A stretch of 63,926 bases of DNA, counting the filler, from an uncultured bacterium (GTDB lineage Bacteria > CAYJRR01): assembly GCA_964372275.1 (NCBI GenBank). It is 3 parts of 3 records of this genome, joined end to end, with 100 filler letters (N's around TTAATTAATTAA, not from the genome) between each part and the next. Parts side by side here need not be neighbours in the genome. Positions count along the whole stretch, not along the records: positions 1 to 26,425 come from CAYJRR010000063.1; positions 26,526 to 52,920 come from CAYJRR010000064.1; 1 more part is not named here. The stretch is one strand, 5' to 3'. The position numbers were made by a program, and so were the translations under genes. The notes under the pieces are model-generated. The model saw only the letters and a list, made by a program, of their open reading frames with translations, was not told the DNA's origin and searched no databases. Positions within the stretch are counted from its first letter, which is position 1; every line of letters starts with the position of its first letter. Below are positions 20,135 to 28,085 of the stretch, piece by piece.

Positions 20135-20989
20135 ATGGCGGACGGCGAGACCCCGTTTCCAGGATCGGCCGAGCCCCCTCGCGGCGGGCCGTTCCGCGGC
20201 CGCAAGCGGATGCGTCCGCGGCGCCTGAAGCCCGAACAGCTCCGCAAGGGGATCTACATCCTCCCCAACCTGCTGACGACCGGCGGGATGGCCGCCGGGT
20301 TCTACTCGATCGTCCGCGCGATCGACGGTGACTACGTCCAGTCGGCCTATTTCATCGTCCTGGCCTCCATCTTCGACCTGTTCGACGGGCGGGTGGCGCG
20401 GATGACGCGGACCACCTCGGCGTTCGGCGTGCAGTACGACTCGCTCGCCGACCTGTCGGCGTTCGGCTTGGCGCCGGGGATCCTGCTCTACCTGTGGAGC
20501 CTGCGCGAGTTCGGCCACACCGGCTGGCTCGCCGCCTTCCTCTTCTTCGTCTGCGGCGCGCTCCGACTCGCGCGCTTCAACGTGCAGCAGACCGGGAGCG
20601 CCCCGTCGAAGCGCCACTTCACCGGTCTCCCGATTCCGCTGGCCGCGAACACCGCCGCCTCGACGGTGATCCTGCACAGCTACCTGCTGGGGAACGTGCA
20701 GACGGAGAGCTTCCTCATCCTGCTGCTCGTCTTCTCGCTCGCCTTCCTGATGGTGAGCACGATCCCCTACCGCTCCTTCAAGGACCTCGACCTGACGAGC
20801 GGACGTTCGTTCCAGGCGCTGGTCTGCTTCGTGATCCTGATCCTGCTCGTCCTCTCCAATCCGCCGGTGATGCTGTTCCTGGTGGCGATGGTCTACGTCG
20901 CGCACGGCCCAGCGGAGCTCGTCTGGCGCACGCTGCGCCGGGCCCCGGCGCGCGCGGCGGCGCCCCGCCCCGCGCGCGAGGAGGAGTAA
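20135..20989 (+). CDS. pssA: CDP-diacylglycerol--serine O-phosphatidyltransferase
   Basis: LPNLLT, DLFDGRVAR...FGVQYDSLADLSAFGLAP, RLARFN, FTGLPIP. Confidence 0.96.
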   Translation: MADGETPFPGSAEPPRGGPFRGRKRMRPRRLKPEQLRKGIYILPNLLTTGGMAAGFYSIVRAIDGDYVQSAYFIVLASIFDLFDGRVARMTRTTSAFGVQYDSLADLSAFGLAPGILLYLWSLREFGHTGWLAAFLFFVCGALRLARFNVQQTGSAPSKRHFTGLPIPLAANTAASTVILHSYLLGNVQTESFLILLLVFSLAFLMVSTIPYRSFKDLDLTSGRSFQALVCFVILILLVLSNPPVMLFLVAMVYVAHGPAELVWRTLRRAPARAAAPRPAREEE

Positions 20990-20990
20990 C

Positions 20991-22070
20991 GTGGCCGCCG
21001 GACGCGGTCGGGTGGTGGCGGTCGCGGGGGCGACCAACCTGCTCGGCACCGAGATCCTGCGGGTGATCGAATCGGAAGCGTTCCCGGTCGCCGAGCTCCG
21101 TCCGCTCGCCGACGCCGCCGAGCTCGAACCGGGGACCGCCTCCGACGAATCGGCCGAGGCCGAGCGGGAGATCGGATCGCGGACGGTGACCTTCCTCGAG
21201 GACGAGGTCCCGCTGCGGATGGCGGCCCCCGAGGCGTTCGACGGCTGCGACATCGCCTTCCTGGCGGGGAGCGCGGAGCAGGCCGGAAGGCTGGCGCGCC
21301 TCTCCTTCCCCCGCACCGCCTGCACCCTCGACCTCTCCGGACGCTTCGCCGGCGACGCCGACGTCCCGTTGATCGTGCCCGAGGTGAATGCGAAGGAGAT
21401 CGACTCGCTGCCGCCGCGCTGCCTGATCGCGGTGCCGGACGCGGCGACGACGATGGCCGCCGTCGCGCTGGCGCCGCTCCATGCCGCGTTCCGGGTACGG
21501 CGGGTCATCGTCTCCACCTACGAAGCGGCCTCCGGCCGCGGGCGCGCCGGGATGGACGAGCTGGGGAGGCAGATCCGCGATCTGTTCAACTACCGCGCGC
21601 CGTCGACCGAGATCTTTCCGAAATCGCTCGCCTTCAACTGTCTGCCGCACGTCGACGACTTCGAGGCGAGCGGATACACTGCGGGCGAGCGTCTGCTTTC
21701 GCTGGGGCTGCCGCGTTTGCTCGGCGGCGGGATGTCGGTGACGGCGACGCGCGCGTGGGTTCCCGTCTTCTCCGGCCACTCGGCGTCGCTGGTGGTGGAG
21801 ACGGAGCGGGCGTTCTCGCGCGACGAGGCGAGGGCGGTGCTGGACGAGGCGGACGGAGTGCGGCTCGACGACGATCCGGAGGAGGCGGCGTACCCGGTGA
21901 ACGGCGACACCGTCGGACAGGACGTGGTGTCGGTCGGCCGCGTGCGGCTGGTCGGCGAGGGGTCGACCGGTCACGGACTGGCCCTGTGGATTGCCGCCGA
22001 CAACGTCCGCAGCGGCGGCGCGCTGTCGGCGGTGCGGCTGGCTCGGACGGTGCTGGAGCGGCGCGCGTGA
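20991..22070 (+). CDS. Aspartate-semialdehyde dehydrogenase family protein, Usg-like (catalytic Cys absent)
   Basis: VAVAGAT, VPLIVPEVN, STYEAASGRG, AFNCLP, VPVFSGHS, LWIAADNVR; the NPNC motif is replaced by VPDA. Confidence 0.88.
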   Translation: MAAGRGRVVAVAGATNLLGTEILRVIESEAFPVAELRPLADAAELEPGTASDESAEAEREIGSRTVTFLEDEVPLRMAAPEAFDGCDIAFLAGSAEQAGRLARLSFPRTACTLDLSGRFAGDADVPLIVPEVNAKEIDSLPPRCLIAVPDAATTMAAVALAPLHAAFRVRRVIVSTYEAASGRGRAGMDELGRQIRDLFNYRAPSTEIFPKSLAFNCLPHVDDFEASGYTAGERLLSLGLPRLLGGGMSVTATRAWVPVFSGHSASLVVETERAFSRDEARAVLDEADGVRLDDDPEEAAYPVNGDTVGQDVVSVGRVRLVGEGSTGHGLALWIAADNVRSGGALSAVRLARTVLERRA

Positions 22071-23872
22071 GGACGCCGCGCCGACGTCACGCCCACCGAT
22101 CCCGCTCCGTGCCGCGAGCCCGGCTTCCGGTCGCGGCCACGGCGGCGCTGCTGCTGGTCGCCGGCCCCCGCGCGGGCGCGGCCGACCGGGTGCTGGTCGA
22201 CACGATCTCCCTCGACGACACGCCGAGCTACGCCGTCTCCACCGCCGACGGCGCCTTCGTGGTGATCGGCACGATCTCCTCCGACACCGTCGAGGTGATC
22301 GACGGGCGAACGTTCGAGCCGGTGGAGGGGGGCCTCTCGCTCGCCCGCGCTACCGCGGCGGCGAGCTCGATCGCCGCCAGCGGGACGGCGAGCGAACGGA
22401 TCGCACTCGGGACCGACGACGGCTATCTCGAGCTGTTCGACGTGGAGGCGATCTCCGACTGGGCCGATGGTGACGAGGACGCGCCGGCCTCCGAGGATCT
22501 CCGTGTCGACGCGACGGGGAACGATCCGGTATCGGCGCTCGCCTTCGACGTGACGGGCTCGCGCCTCTACGCCGGGAACGCGACCGACGAGGTGGTCGAC
22601 GTGCTCGACGCCGCGTCCGGGACGGTGTTGGGGGACGGGATCGCCCTGGGGCGCGCGCCGGTCTGCGCGGTCGGGGCGGTCACCGGGATCACCGAGCGGA
22701 TCTTCTTCGGCTCCGACGACGGCAACCTGGCCTGGATGAACGCGCTGACCTACGCGCCGGCGACGCTGGTGGTCGACGCCGGCCAGACCGGCGACCTGGT
22801 CGACGTGGCGGCGGCCACCTTCCCCACCGCCTCGCCGCGGGTGCTGGTCGTCGATCGCGATCATTCATCGCTCGCGGTCGTCGATCCGTCGGTCCCCTCG
22901 GTCGTCGACGACGTCACGTTGGGCGGCAGTCCGGTGGCGGTGGAGGTGAGCGGCAGCGACGCGTCGACGGTGATCTGGGTGGCGGTCGCCTCCCCGGACC
23001 AGGTCGAGGCCTACGACGAGAACCTCGACGTGGCCCAGGACCCGATCGCCCTGCCGGCGGCGCCGGTCTCGATGGCGGAGGCCGGCGGCTATCTCTTCGT
23101 CGGACTCGAGGACGGGCGGGTGGCGGTGATCACCGACCGCCCGTGGGTCGAGATCGCCGGGACCGACCCGGAGGCGCTGAACGACGCCGGCACCGACGTG
23201 GTGGTGCGGGTGACGAGCAGCGAATCGGGGACGGCGGTGGTCAAGGTCGACGGAAGCCAGGTCGCGACCCAGTCGGTCACCGCCGGTGTCGAAGCCGAGA
23301 TCGCCGTCGACGGTTCGGTTCTCGAGGACCGACTCGAGGAGGGGACGAACCGCGTTCGCGTGGAGGTGACCGACGGCGCGGGGCTCACCGGTCACGACGA
23401 GGTCCTGCTGACGCTCGACGTCCCGCCCGGCGTCCCGCGCCACCTCACCGTCGGGTTCGGCGACGGGCGCGTGATCGCCCGCTGGGATTCGCCCAAGAAC
23501 GGCGGGGCGACCGGATATTCGGTCCACTTCGGGACGGGCTCCTCCGGGACGAACGGCGTCGGGACGCTCACCTCGCCGCAGGAGACGGAGGGCCACGAGT
23601 ACGTCGTCGACGTGGAGAACGGCACGCGCGTCTACATGAAGGTGGCGGCGATCGACAGCGCCGGAAACCTCTCGGCCTACGTCGGTCCGCGCAGCGCCAT
23701 CGCCCAGGAGACGCTCGGCGCCGCGGAGCTGGCGGGCGACGACGGCGGATTCGTCTGCGCGACCACCCTCGGGCGCCGCTCCGCGCGCGCGGCGGCGGTG
23801 CTGCCGCCGGCGGCGCTCGCCCTGCTCGCGCTAATCGCGATCCGCGTCGCCCATCGCCGGAGGGGCGCATGA
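22067..23872 (+). CDS. Exported beta-propeller + Ig-like + FN3-like surface protein with MYXO-CTERM-like C-terminal tail
   Basis: GTGA overlap with the upstream gene; signal peptide; YVTN-like blades; PGVPRHLTVGFGDGRVIARW...Y...VAAIDSAGNLS (FN3); tail GDDGGFVC...LALLALIAIRVAHRRR. Confidence 0.8.
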   Translation: MRTPRRRHAHRSRSVPRARLPVAATAALLLVAGPRAGAADRVLVDTISLDDTPSYAVSTADGAFVVIGTISSDTVEVIDGRTFEPVEGGLSLARATAAASSIAASGTASERIALGTDDGYLELFDVEAISDWADGDEDAPASEDLRVDATGNDPVSALAFDVTGSRLYAGNATDEVVDVLDAASGTVLGDGIALGRAPVCAVGAVTGITERIFFGSDDGNLAWMNALTYAPATLVVDAGQTGDLVDVAAATFPTASPRVLVVDRDHSSLAVVDPSVPSVVDDVTLGGSPVAVEVSGSDASTVIWVAVASPDQVEAYDENLDVAQDPIALPAAPVSMAEAGGYLFVGLEDGRVAVITDRPWVEIAGTDPEALNDAGTDVVVRVTSSESGTAVVKVDGSQVATQSVTAGVEAEIAVDGSVLEDRLEEGTNRVRVEVTDGAGLTGHDEVLLTLDVPPGVPRHLTVGFGDGRVIARWDSPKNGGATGYSVHFGTGSSGTNGVGTLTSPQETEGHEYVVDVENGTRVYMKVAAIDSAGNLSAYVGPRSAIAQETLGAAELAGDDGGFVCATTLGRRSARAAAVLPPAALALLALIAIRVAHRRRGA

Positions 23873-24615
23873 TCGCGGCGGCCCTTCTCCTGCGATCGGC
23901 GGTCACCGCGATCGCGCTCGCGTCGCCGCTCATGACCGACACGCGCGGTGCCGCGGCGCCGGCCGCGGAGGGCGAGCCGGCGCCGGGTCTCGATCCCTAC
24001 CGCGATCGCTTCTCCGTCCCGGTCCCCGAGACGCCGAAGTGGTTCTCCGCGGAGCTGGGCTTCGGCGCCGCCACGCCGTTCGGGAACCTGGTGCAGGAGA
24101 TCTACGGCGACCGCGGCCTGCACCCGATGTGGCACGGGCGTTTCGGCCTGCTCCTCTTCTCCGTCTTCGACCTCGGCCTCTCGGCCGACTTCGCGCAGAT
24201 CACCGGCCGGCGCATCGGCGTTCTCGAAGGGGAGCGCTCGGCCGAGTATTCGCGCCTGACCTTGGCGCCGTTCACCGCCACCGCGATCGCGCGCCTCGAC
24301 CTGCTCCCGCACCAGCCGGTCGTGCCTTATGCCGGCGCCGGGGTCGGCTATCTCGTCTGGTCGGAGCGCAACCCGATCGAGGACGAGCAGGTCGACGGCG
24401 ACAAGTACGGATGGACCTGGCTGGCGGGGGCGCAGATCCTCCTGGACGAGCTGGAACCCGCGCGCGCCGACGACCTCGACGGCTGGTGGGGGGTCAACGA
24501 CACCTATCTCACCCTCGAGTACTCCCGGGTCGACTACAACCGCCTGGGGAAGGGACGCGACGGCCTGAACCTGAACCACTGGGTCGTCCGCGCGTCGTTC
24601 CTGTTCGAGTACTGA
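23869..24615 (+). CDS. Outer-membrane beta-barrel protein (resembles the MXAN_2562-type family)
   Basis: ATGA overlap; signal peptide; VVPYAGAGVGY, LLDELEPARADDLDGWWGVNDTYLTLEY; ends FLFEY (BAM signal). Confidence 0.75.
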   Translation: MIAAALLLRSAVTAIALASPLMTDTRGAAAPAAEGEPAPGLDPYRDRFSVPVPETPKWFSAELGFGAATPFGNLVQEIYGDRGLHPMWHGRFGLLLFSVFDLGLSADFAQITGRRIGVLEGERSAEYSRLTLAPFTATAIARLDLLPHQPVVPYAGAGVGYLVWSERNPIEDEQVDGDKYGWTWLAGAQILLDELEPARADDLDGWWGVNDTYLTLEYSRVDYNRLGKGRDGLNLNHWVVRASFLFEY

Positions 24616-25391
24616 TGAGGACGCTGAAGCTCGTCGTCGCCTACGAAGGGACGGCGTACCACGGCTGGCAGCTCCAACCGAACGGCGTCACCGTGCAGCG
24701 GGTGATCGAGGAGGCGGTGGCCACGGTGATCGGCCCGCACCGCGTCGTCGCCGCCGGCCGCACCGACGCCGGCGTGCACGCGCTCGGTCAGGTCGTCTCG
24801 TTGCGCACCGGCACGGCGATCCCGGCCGCGGAGCTGCACCGCGCGCTGAACGCGCTCCTCCCCGCCGACGTCGCCGTGCTCTCGGTGGAACCGGTCCCCA
24901 ACGAGTTCGACCCGCGCAAGGACGCCGTCGGAAAGCTCTATCGCTACCGGCTCCACGACGCGCCGGTGCGCCCGGTGCTGGAGCGGAACCACGTCTGGCA
25001 CGTCTGGAACGTCGACTGGGAGAAGGTGGCCGCCGCCGCCGCGCCGCTCGTCGGAACGCACGACTTCTCCAGCTTCCAGGACTCGCAGTGCACCGCGAAG
25101 CGGCCGGTGCGGACGATCCGCCGCATCGACGTCGTGCGGCAGCCACCACCCTCCCGCGAAGTGTGGATCGAGGTCGACGGGGACGGCTTCCTCAAGCACA
25201 TGGTGCGCAACGTCGTCGGATCGCTGGTTCAGGTGGGGCGCGGCGCGAAGCCGGTCGGATGGATCGCCGAGGTCCTGGCCGTCCGTGACCGGACGCGCGC
25301 CGGTCCGATGGCGCCGGCGCATGGCCTGACGCTGGTGCGCGTCGACTACGACGATCCCACGGCGCAGTCGGGCGGATCGCCGCGCGGGTGA
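24615..25391 (+). CDS. truA: tRNA pseudouridine(38-40) synthase
   Basis: AYEGTAYHGWQ, AGRTDAGVHALGQV, GTHDFSSF, FLKHMVRNVVG, APAHGLTL. Confidence 0.98.
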   Translation: MRTLKLVVAYEGTAYHGWQLQPNGVTVQRVIEEAVATVIGPHRVVAAGRTDAGVHALGQVVSLRTGTAIPAAELHRALNALLPADVAVLSVEPVPNEFDPRKDAVGKLYRYRLHDAPVRPVLERNHVWHVWNVDWEKVAAAAAPLVGTHDFSSFQDSQCTAKRPVRTIRRIDVVRQPPPSREVWIEVDGDGFLKHMVRNVVGSLVQVGRGAKPVGWIAEVLAVRDRTRAGPMAPAHGLTLVRVDYDDPTAQSGGSPRG

Positions 25392-25439
25392 CGGCGCTCG
25401 AACAGGCCCCGTTTCACTCGCGGCGGCGTGGGTTTGCGC

Positions 25440-25468
25440 TTGACAGCGTCCGGGCCGCTCTCTACAGT
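25440..25468 (+). promoter_or_regulatory. Sigma-70-type promoter for rplM-rpsI
   Basis: TTGACA-17 nt-TACAGT, about 54 nt upstream of the rplM start. Confidence 0.75.
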
Positions 25469-25521
25469 GTCGACTTTCGCGAGCCGCCCGGAGGCGGTTT
25501 TCTTCGCAGTTACGAGGACTT

Positions 25522-25965
25522 ATGAAGACCGTCAAGGCCCGGGCGACCGTCGCCCAGAAAAATCTCGACCCGCGCGATTGGTGGATCGTCGACCTCGATG
25601 GGCAGACCCTCGGTCGCGCCGCATCGAAGATCGCCATGACCCTCCGAGGGAAGACGAAGACGACCTTCACCCCGAACATCGACATGGGGGACTTCGTGGT
25701 GGCGATCAACGCCGCCAAGGTGAAGCTGACCGGCCGCAAGCTCGACGACAAGATCTACAACTTTTTCTCCGGATACGTCGGCGGCATGCGCTACGTCCCG
25801 GCGAAGGAGGTGCTGGCGAAGAAGCCGGAGCACCTGCTGAAGCAGGCGGTGGCGGGGATGCTCCCCAAGTCGAGACTCGGGAAGCAGCTGATCCGCAAAC
25901 TCAAGATCTACCCCGGCAGCGAGCATCCGCACGCCGCCCAGACCCCGAAGACCCTGAAGGTATAA
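25522..25965 (+). CDS. rplM: 50S ribosomal protein L13
   Basis: [49 protein letters not shown]. Confidence 0.98.
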   Translation: MKTVKARATVAQKNLDPRDWWIVDLDGQTLGRAASKIAMTLRGKTKTTFTPNIDMGDFVVAINAAKVKLTGRKLDDKIYNFFSGYVGGMRYVPAKEVLAKKPEHLLKQAVAGMLPKSRLGKQLIRKLKIYPGSEHPHAAQTPKTLKV

Positions 25966-25967
25966 GG

Positions 25968-26375
25968 ATGGCCAAGACCCCGAACCCGACCACGCGGAAG
26001 TCCGTCACGGGCCGCCGCAAGACCAGCGTCGCCCGCGTCCGTCTCGTTCCGGGCGACGGCAAGGTGATCGTCAACGGCCGACCGGTGGAGGAGTACCTCC
26101 GCCGTGACGTCCTGATTCGCGTGCTGAACCAGCCGTTCGATCTGACGCAGACCCTCGCCAAGTACGACGCCTACGCCACCTGCTCGGGCGGCGGGCTCGC
26201 GGGTCAGGCCGGCGCGATCCGCCACGGGATCACGCGCGCGCTGATGCAGATCGACCCGGCGCTCCGTGCCTCGCTGAAGTCGGCCGGGATGGTGACGCGC
26301 GACCAGCGCTCCAAGGAGCGGAAGAAGTACGGCCGCCGTTCGGCGCGCGCGCGGTTCCAGTTCTCGAAGCGATAG
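25968..26375 (+). CDS. rpsI: 30S ribosomal protein S9
   Basis: [35 protein letters not shown]...QFSKR. The last two bases of the stop codon overlap adapter sequence. Confidence 0.98.
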   Translation: MAKTPNPTTRKSVTGRRKTSVARVRLVPGDGKVIVNGRPVEEYLRRDVLIRVLNQPFDLTQTLAKYDAYATCSGGGLAGQAGAIRHGITRALMQIDPALRASLKSAGMVTRDQRSKERKKYGRRSARARFQFSKR

Positions 26376-26425
26376 ATCGGAAGAGCACAGTCTGAACTCC
26401 AGTCACTTGTATCAGGATCGCGTAT
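26374..26425 (+). other. Illumina TruSeq indexed adapter contamination
   Basis: AGATCGGAAGAGCACA(C)GTCTGAACTCCAGTCAC with one base missing, then 10-nt index TTGTATCAGG, then ATCGCGTAT (expected ATCTCGTAT). Confidence 0.97.
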
Positions 26426-26525
26426 NNNNNNNNNNNNNNNNNNNNNNNNNNNNNNNNNNNNNNNNNNNNTTAATTAATTAANNNNNNNNNNNNNNNNNNN
26501 NNNNNNNNNNNNNNNNNNNNNNNNN
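26426..26525. other. Artificial contig linker
   Basis: 44 N + TTAATTAATTAA (stops in all six frames) + 44 N. Confidence 0.98.
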
Positions 26526-27465
26526 TCGGCCTGGTTTCCGTTTACTCCGGTTGCGCTCGAATCCTCGCCAGCGGCCCCGACCACCACCGTGTCGCCTGAG
26601 ACGGAGACACTACTCCCGAAGTAATCGTTGGCTCCGGAAATGGAGGCCTTGAGATAGGCCTGCTGGGTCCAAACACCCCCGCTCCGAACGAACACGTAGG
26701 CGGCGCCGCTGTCGCCTGCCGTATTGTCGGCCTGATTGCCGTTCACCCCCGTGGCGTTCGAATCCTCGAAAGGGGCCGAGACCACCACCGTGCCGCCCGA
26801 GACGGAGACGTGACTCCCAAAGTAGTCGTTCGCTCCGGAATTGGAGGCCTTGAGGTAGGCCTGCTGGGTCCAAACACCCTCGATTCGCACGAATACGTAG
26901 GCGGCGCCGCTGATTGAGGCGGTATTGTCGGCCTGATTGCCGTTCACCCCCGTGGCGTTCGAATCCTCGCCCTCGGCCCCGACCACCAGCGTGTCGCCCG
27001 AAACGGACACACCGAATCCAAAGCTATCGCTCGCTTCGGAGTTTGAGGCCTTGAGGTAGGCCTGCTGAGTCCAAACGTCTCCGCTCCGCACGAACACGTA
27101 GGCTGCGCCGCTGCCCGAGGCGGTATTGTCGGCCTGGTTTCCGTCCACCCCTGTGGCGCTCGAATCCTCACCATCGGCCCCGACCACCAGTGTATCGCCC
27201 GAAATGGAGACGCTTATCCCAAAGTTATCGTTCGCTCCGGTGTTGGAGGCCTTGAGGTAGGCCTGCTGGCTCCAGATGCCTTCAGTCCGCACGAACACGT
27301 AGGCGGCGCCGCTGTCGACCGCCGCCTCGTCGGCCTGATTGCCGTTCAGCCCCGTGGCGCTCGAGTCCTCGAAAGGAGCCCCGACCACCATCGTGTCGCC
27401 AGAAACGGCGACGCCCAACCCAAAGCCATCGTCCGATCCGGAGTTGGAAGCTTTGAAATAGGCCG
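26526..27465 (-). repeat. Intragenic tandem repeat, 201-bp (67-aa) period, at least 4.5 copies
   Basis: The YLKASN/YFKASN anchor recurs at 26646, 26847, 27048, 27249 and 27450. Confidence 0.92.
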
Positions 27466-27892
27466 GTGAGCTCAGGAGCTGCGCGGCTCGGCTCACCCGG
27501 AGCAGGTAGGTTCGCTGGTCGCCGCTCTCGGCGGTCACGACTATCGAGACGGTATTGACGCCGAGAGCGAGATCGAGGGGCGGCGAAGGCTCCCCTGATA
27601 CGGTATCCTGCCCCTGGACCGTCACCGTGGCGGTGGAATCCTCCACCGTCGCAGTCACCGTCACCGTCGAGGCGAGGAGACCCACATCGGCGTCATAGTC
27701 GGTCGTCTCCGGATCGAAGGCCGGGGAGAGCGCTTCCGACGGGAAGGAAAGACTCAACGCCGAAAGCCGGGCGTTGTCGGACGGTGGCGGAGCGTTCTTG
27801 TCCGAGCCGCCGCCGTTTGAGCACGCCACGCCCAGCCATACGCCCGCCCAGAGGCCGCACCAAATTCCAAGTGTCGTTCGCTCGCGTCGCAT
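26526..27892 (-). CDS. Lipoprotein with cadherin-like beta-sandwich and FG-GAP/integrin-like repeats (3' end truncated by the contig end)
   Basis: Lipobox GVAC; NARLSALSL...LSPAFDPETTDY...GVNTVSIVVTAE; repeats YLKASN...DxFGxSVSVSGDTLVVGA...GAAYVF. Confidence 0.9.
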
Positions 27893-28085
27893 AGCCAACC
27901 TCTCCCCGAAAAGACGGTCTTCGATTCCTTCCGCGAGGGGCACAGCCGCCTCGTACGGGCGCGAAACTAACATCGCCGGTCGATCCTGCTGGCAAACTTG
28001 CGGATGAGAACCTGGGAATCTCTCCTCGGCGGGAGAGACGGGCGGATTCGCCGTTGGTTGCGCTGCCCGCAACGTGCCGATACGC

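Noticed and set aside
26470..26481. TTAATTAATTAA palindrome (also at 52965-52976) as a biological site
   Set aside because: It is centred in symmetric 44-N runs and is a synthetic six-frame-stop contig spacer.
26526..27465. 201-bp tandem repeats as a CRISPR or ncRNA array
   Set aside because: They are in-frame protein repeats of an FG-GAP propeller.
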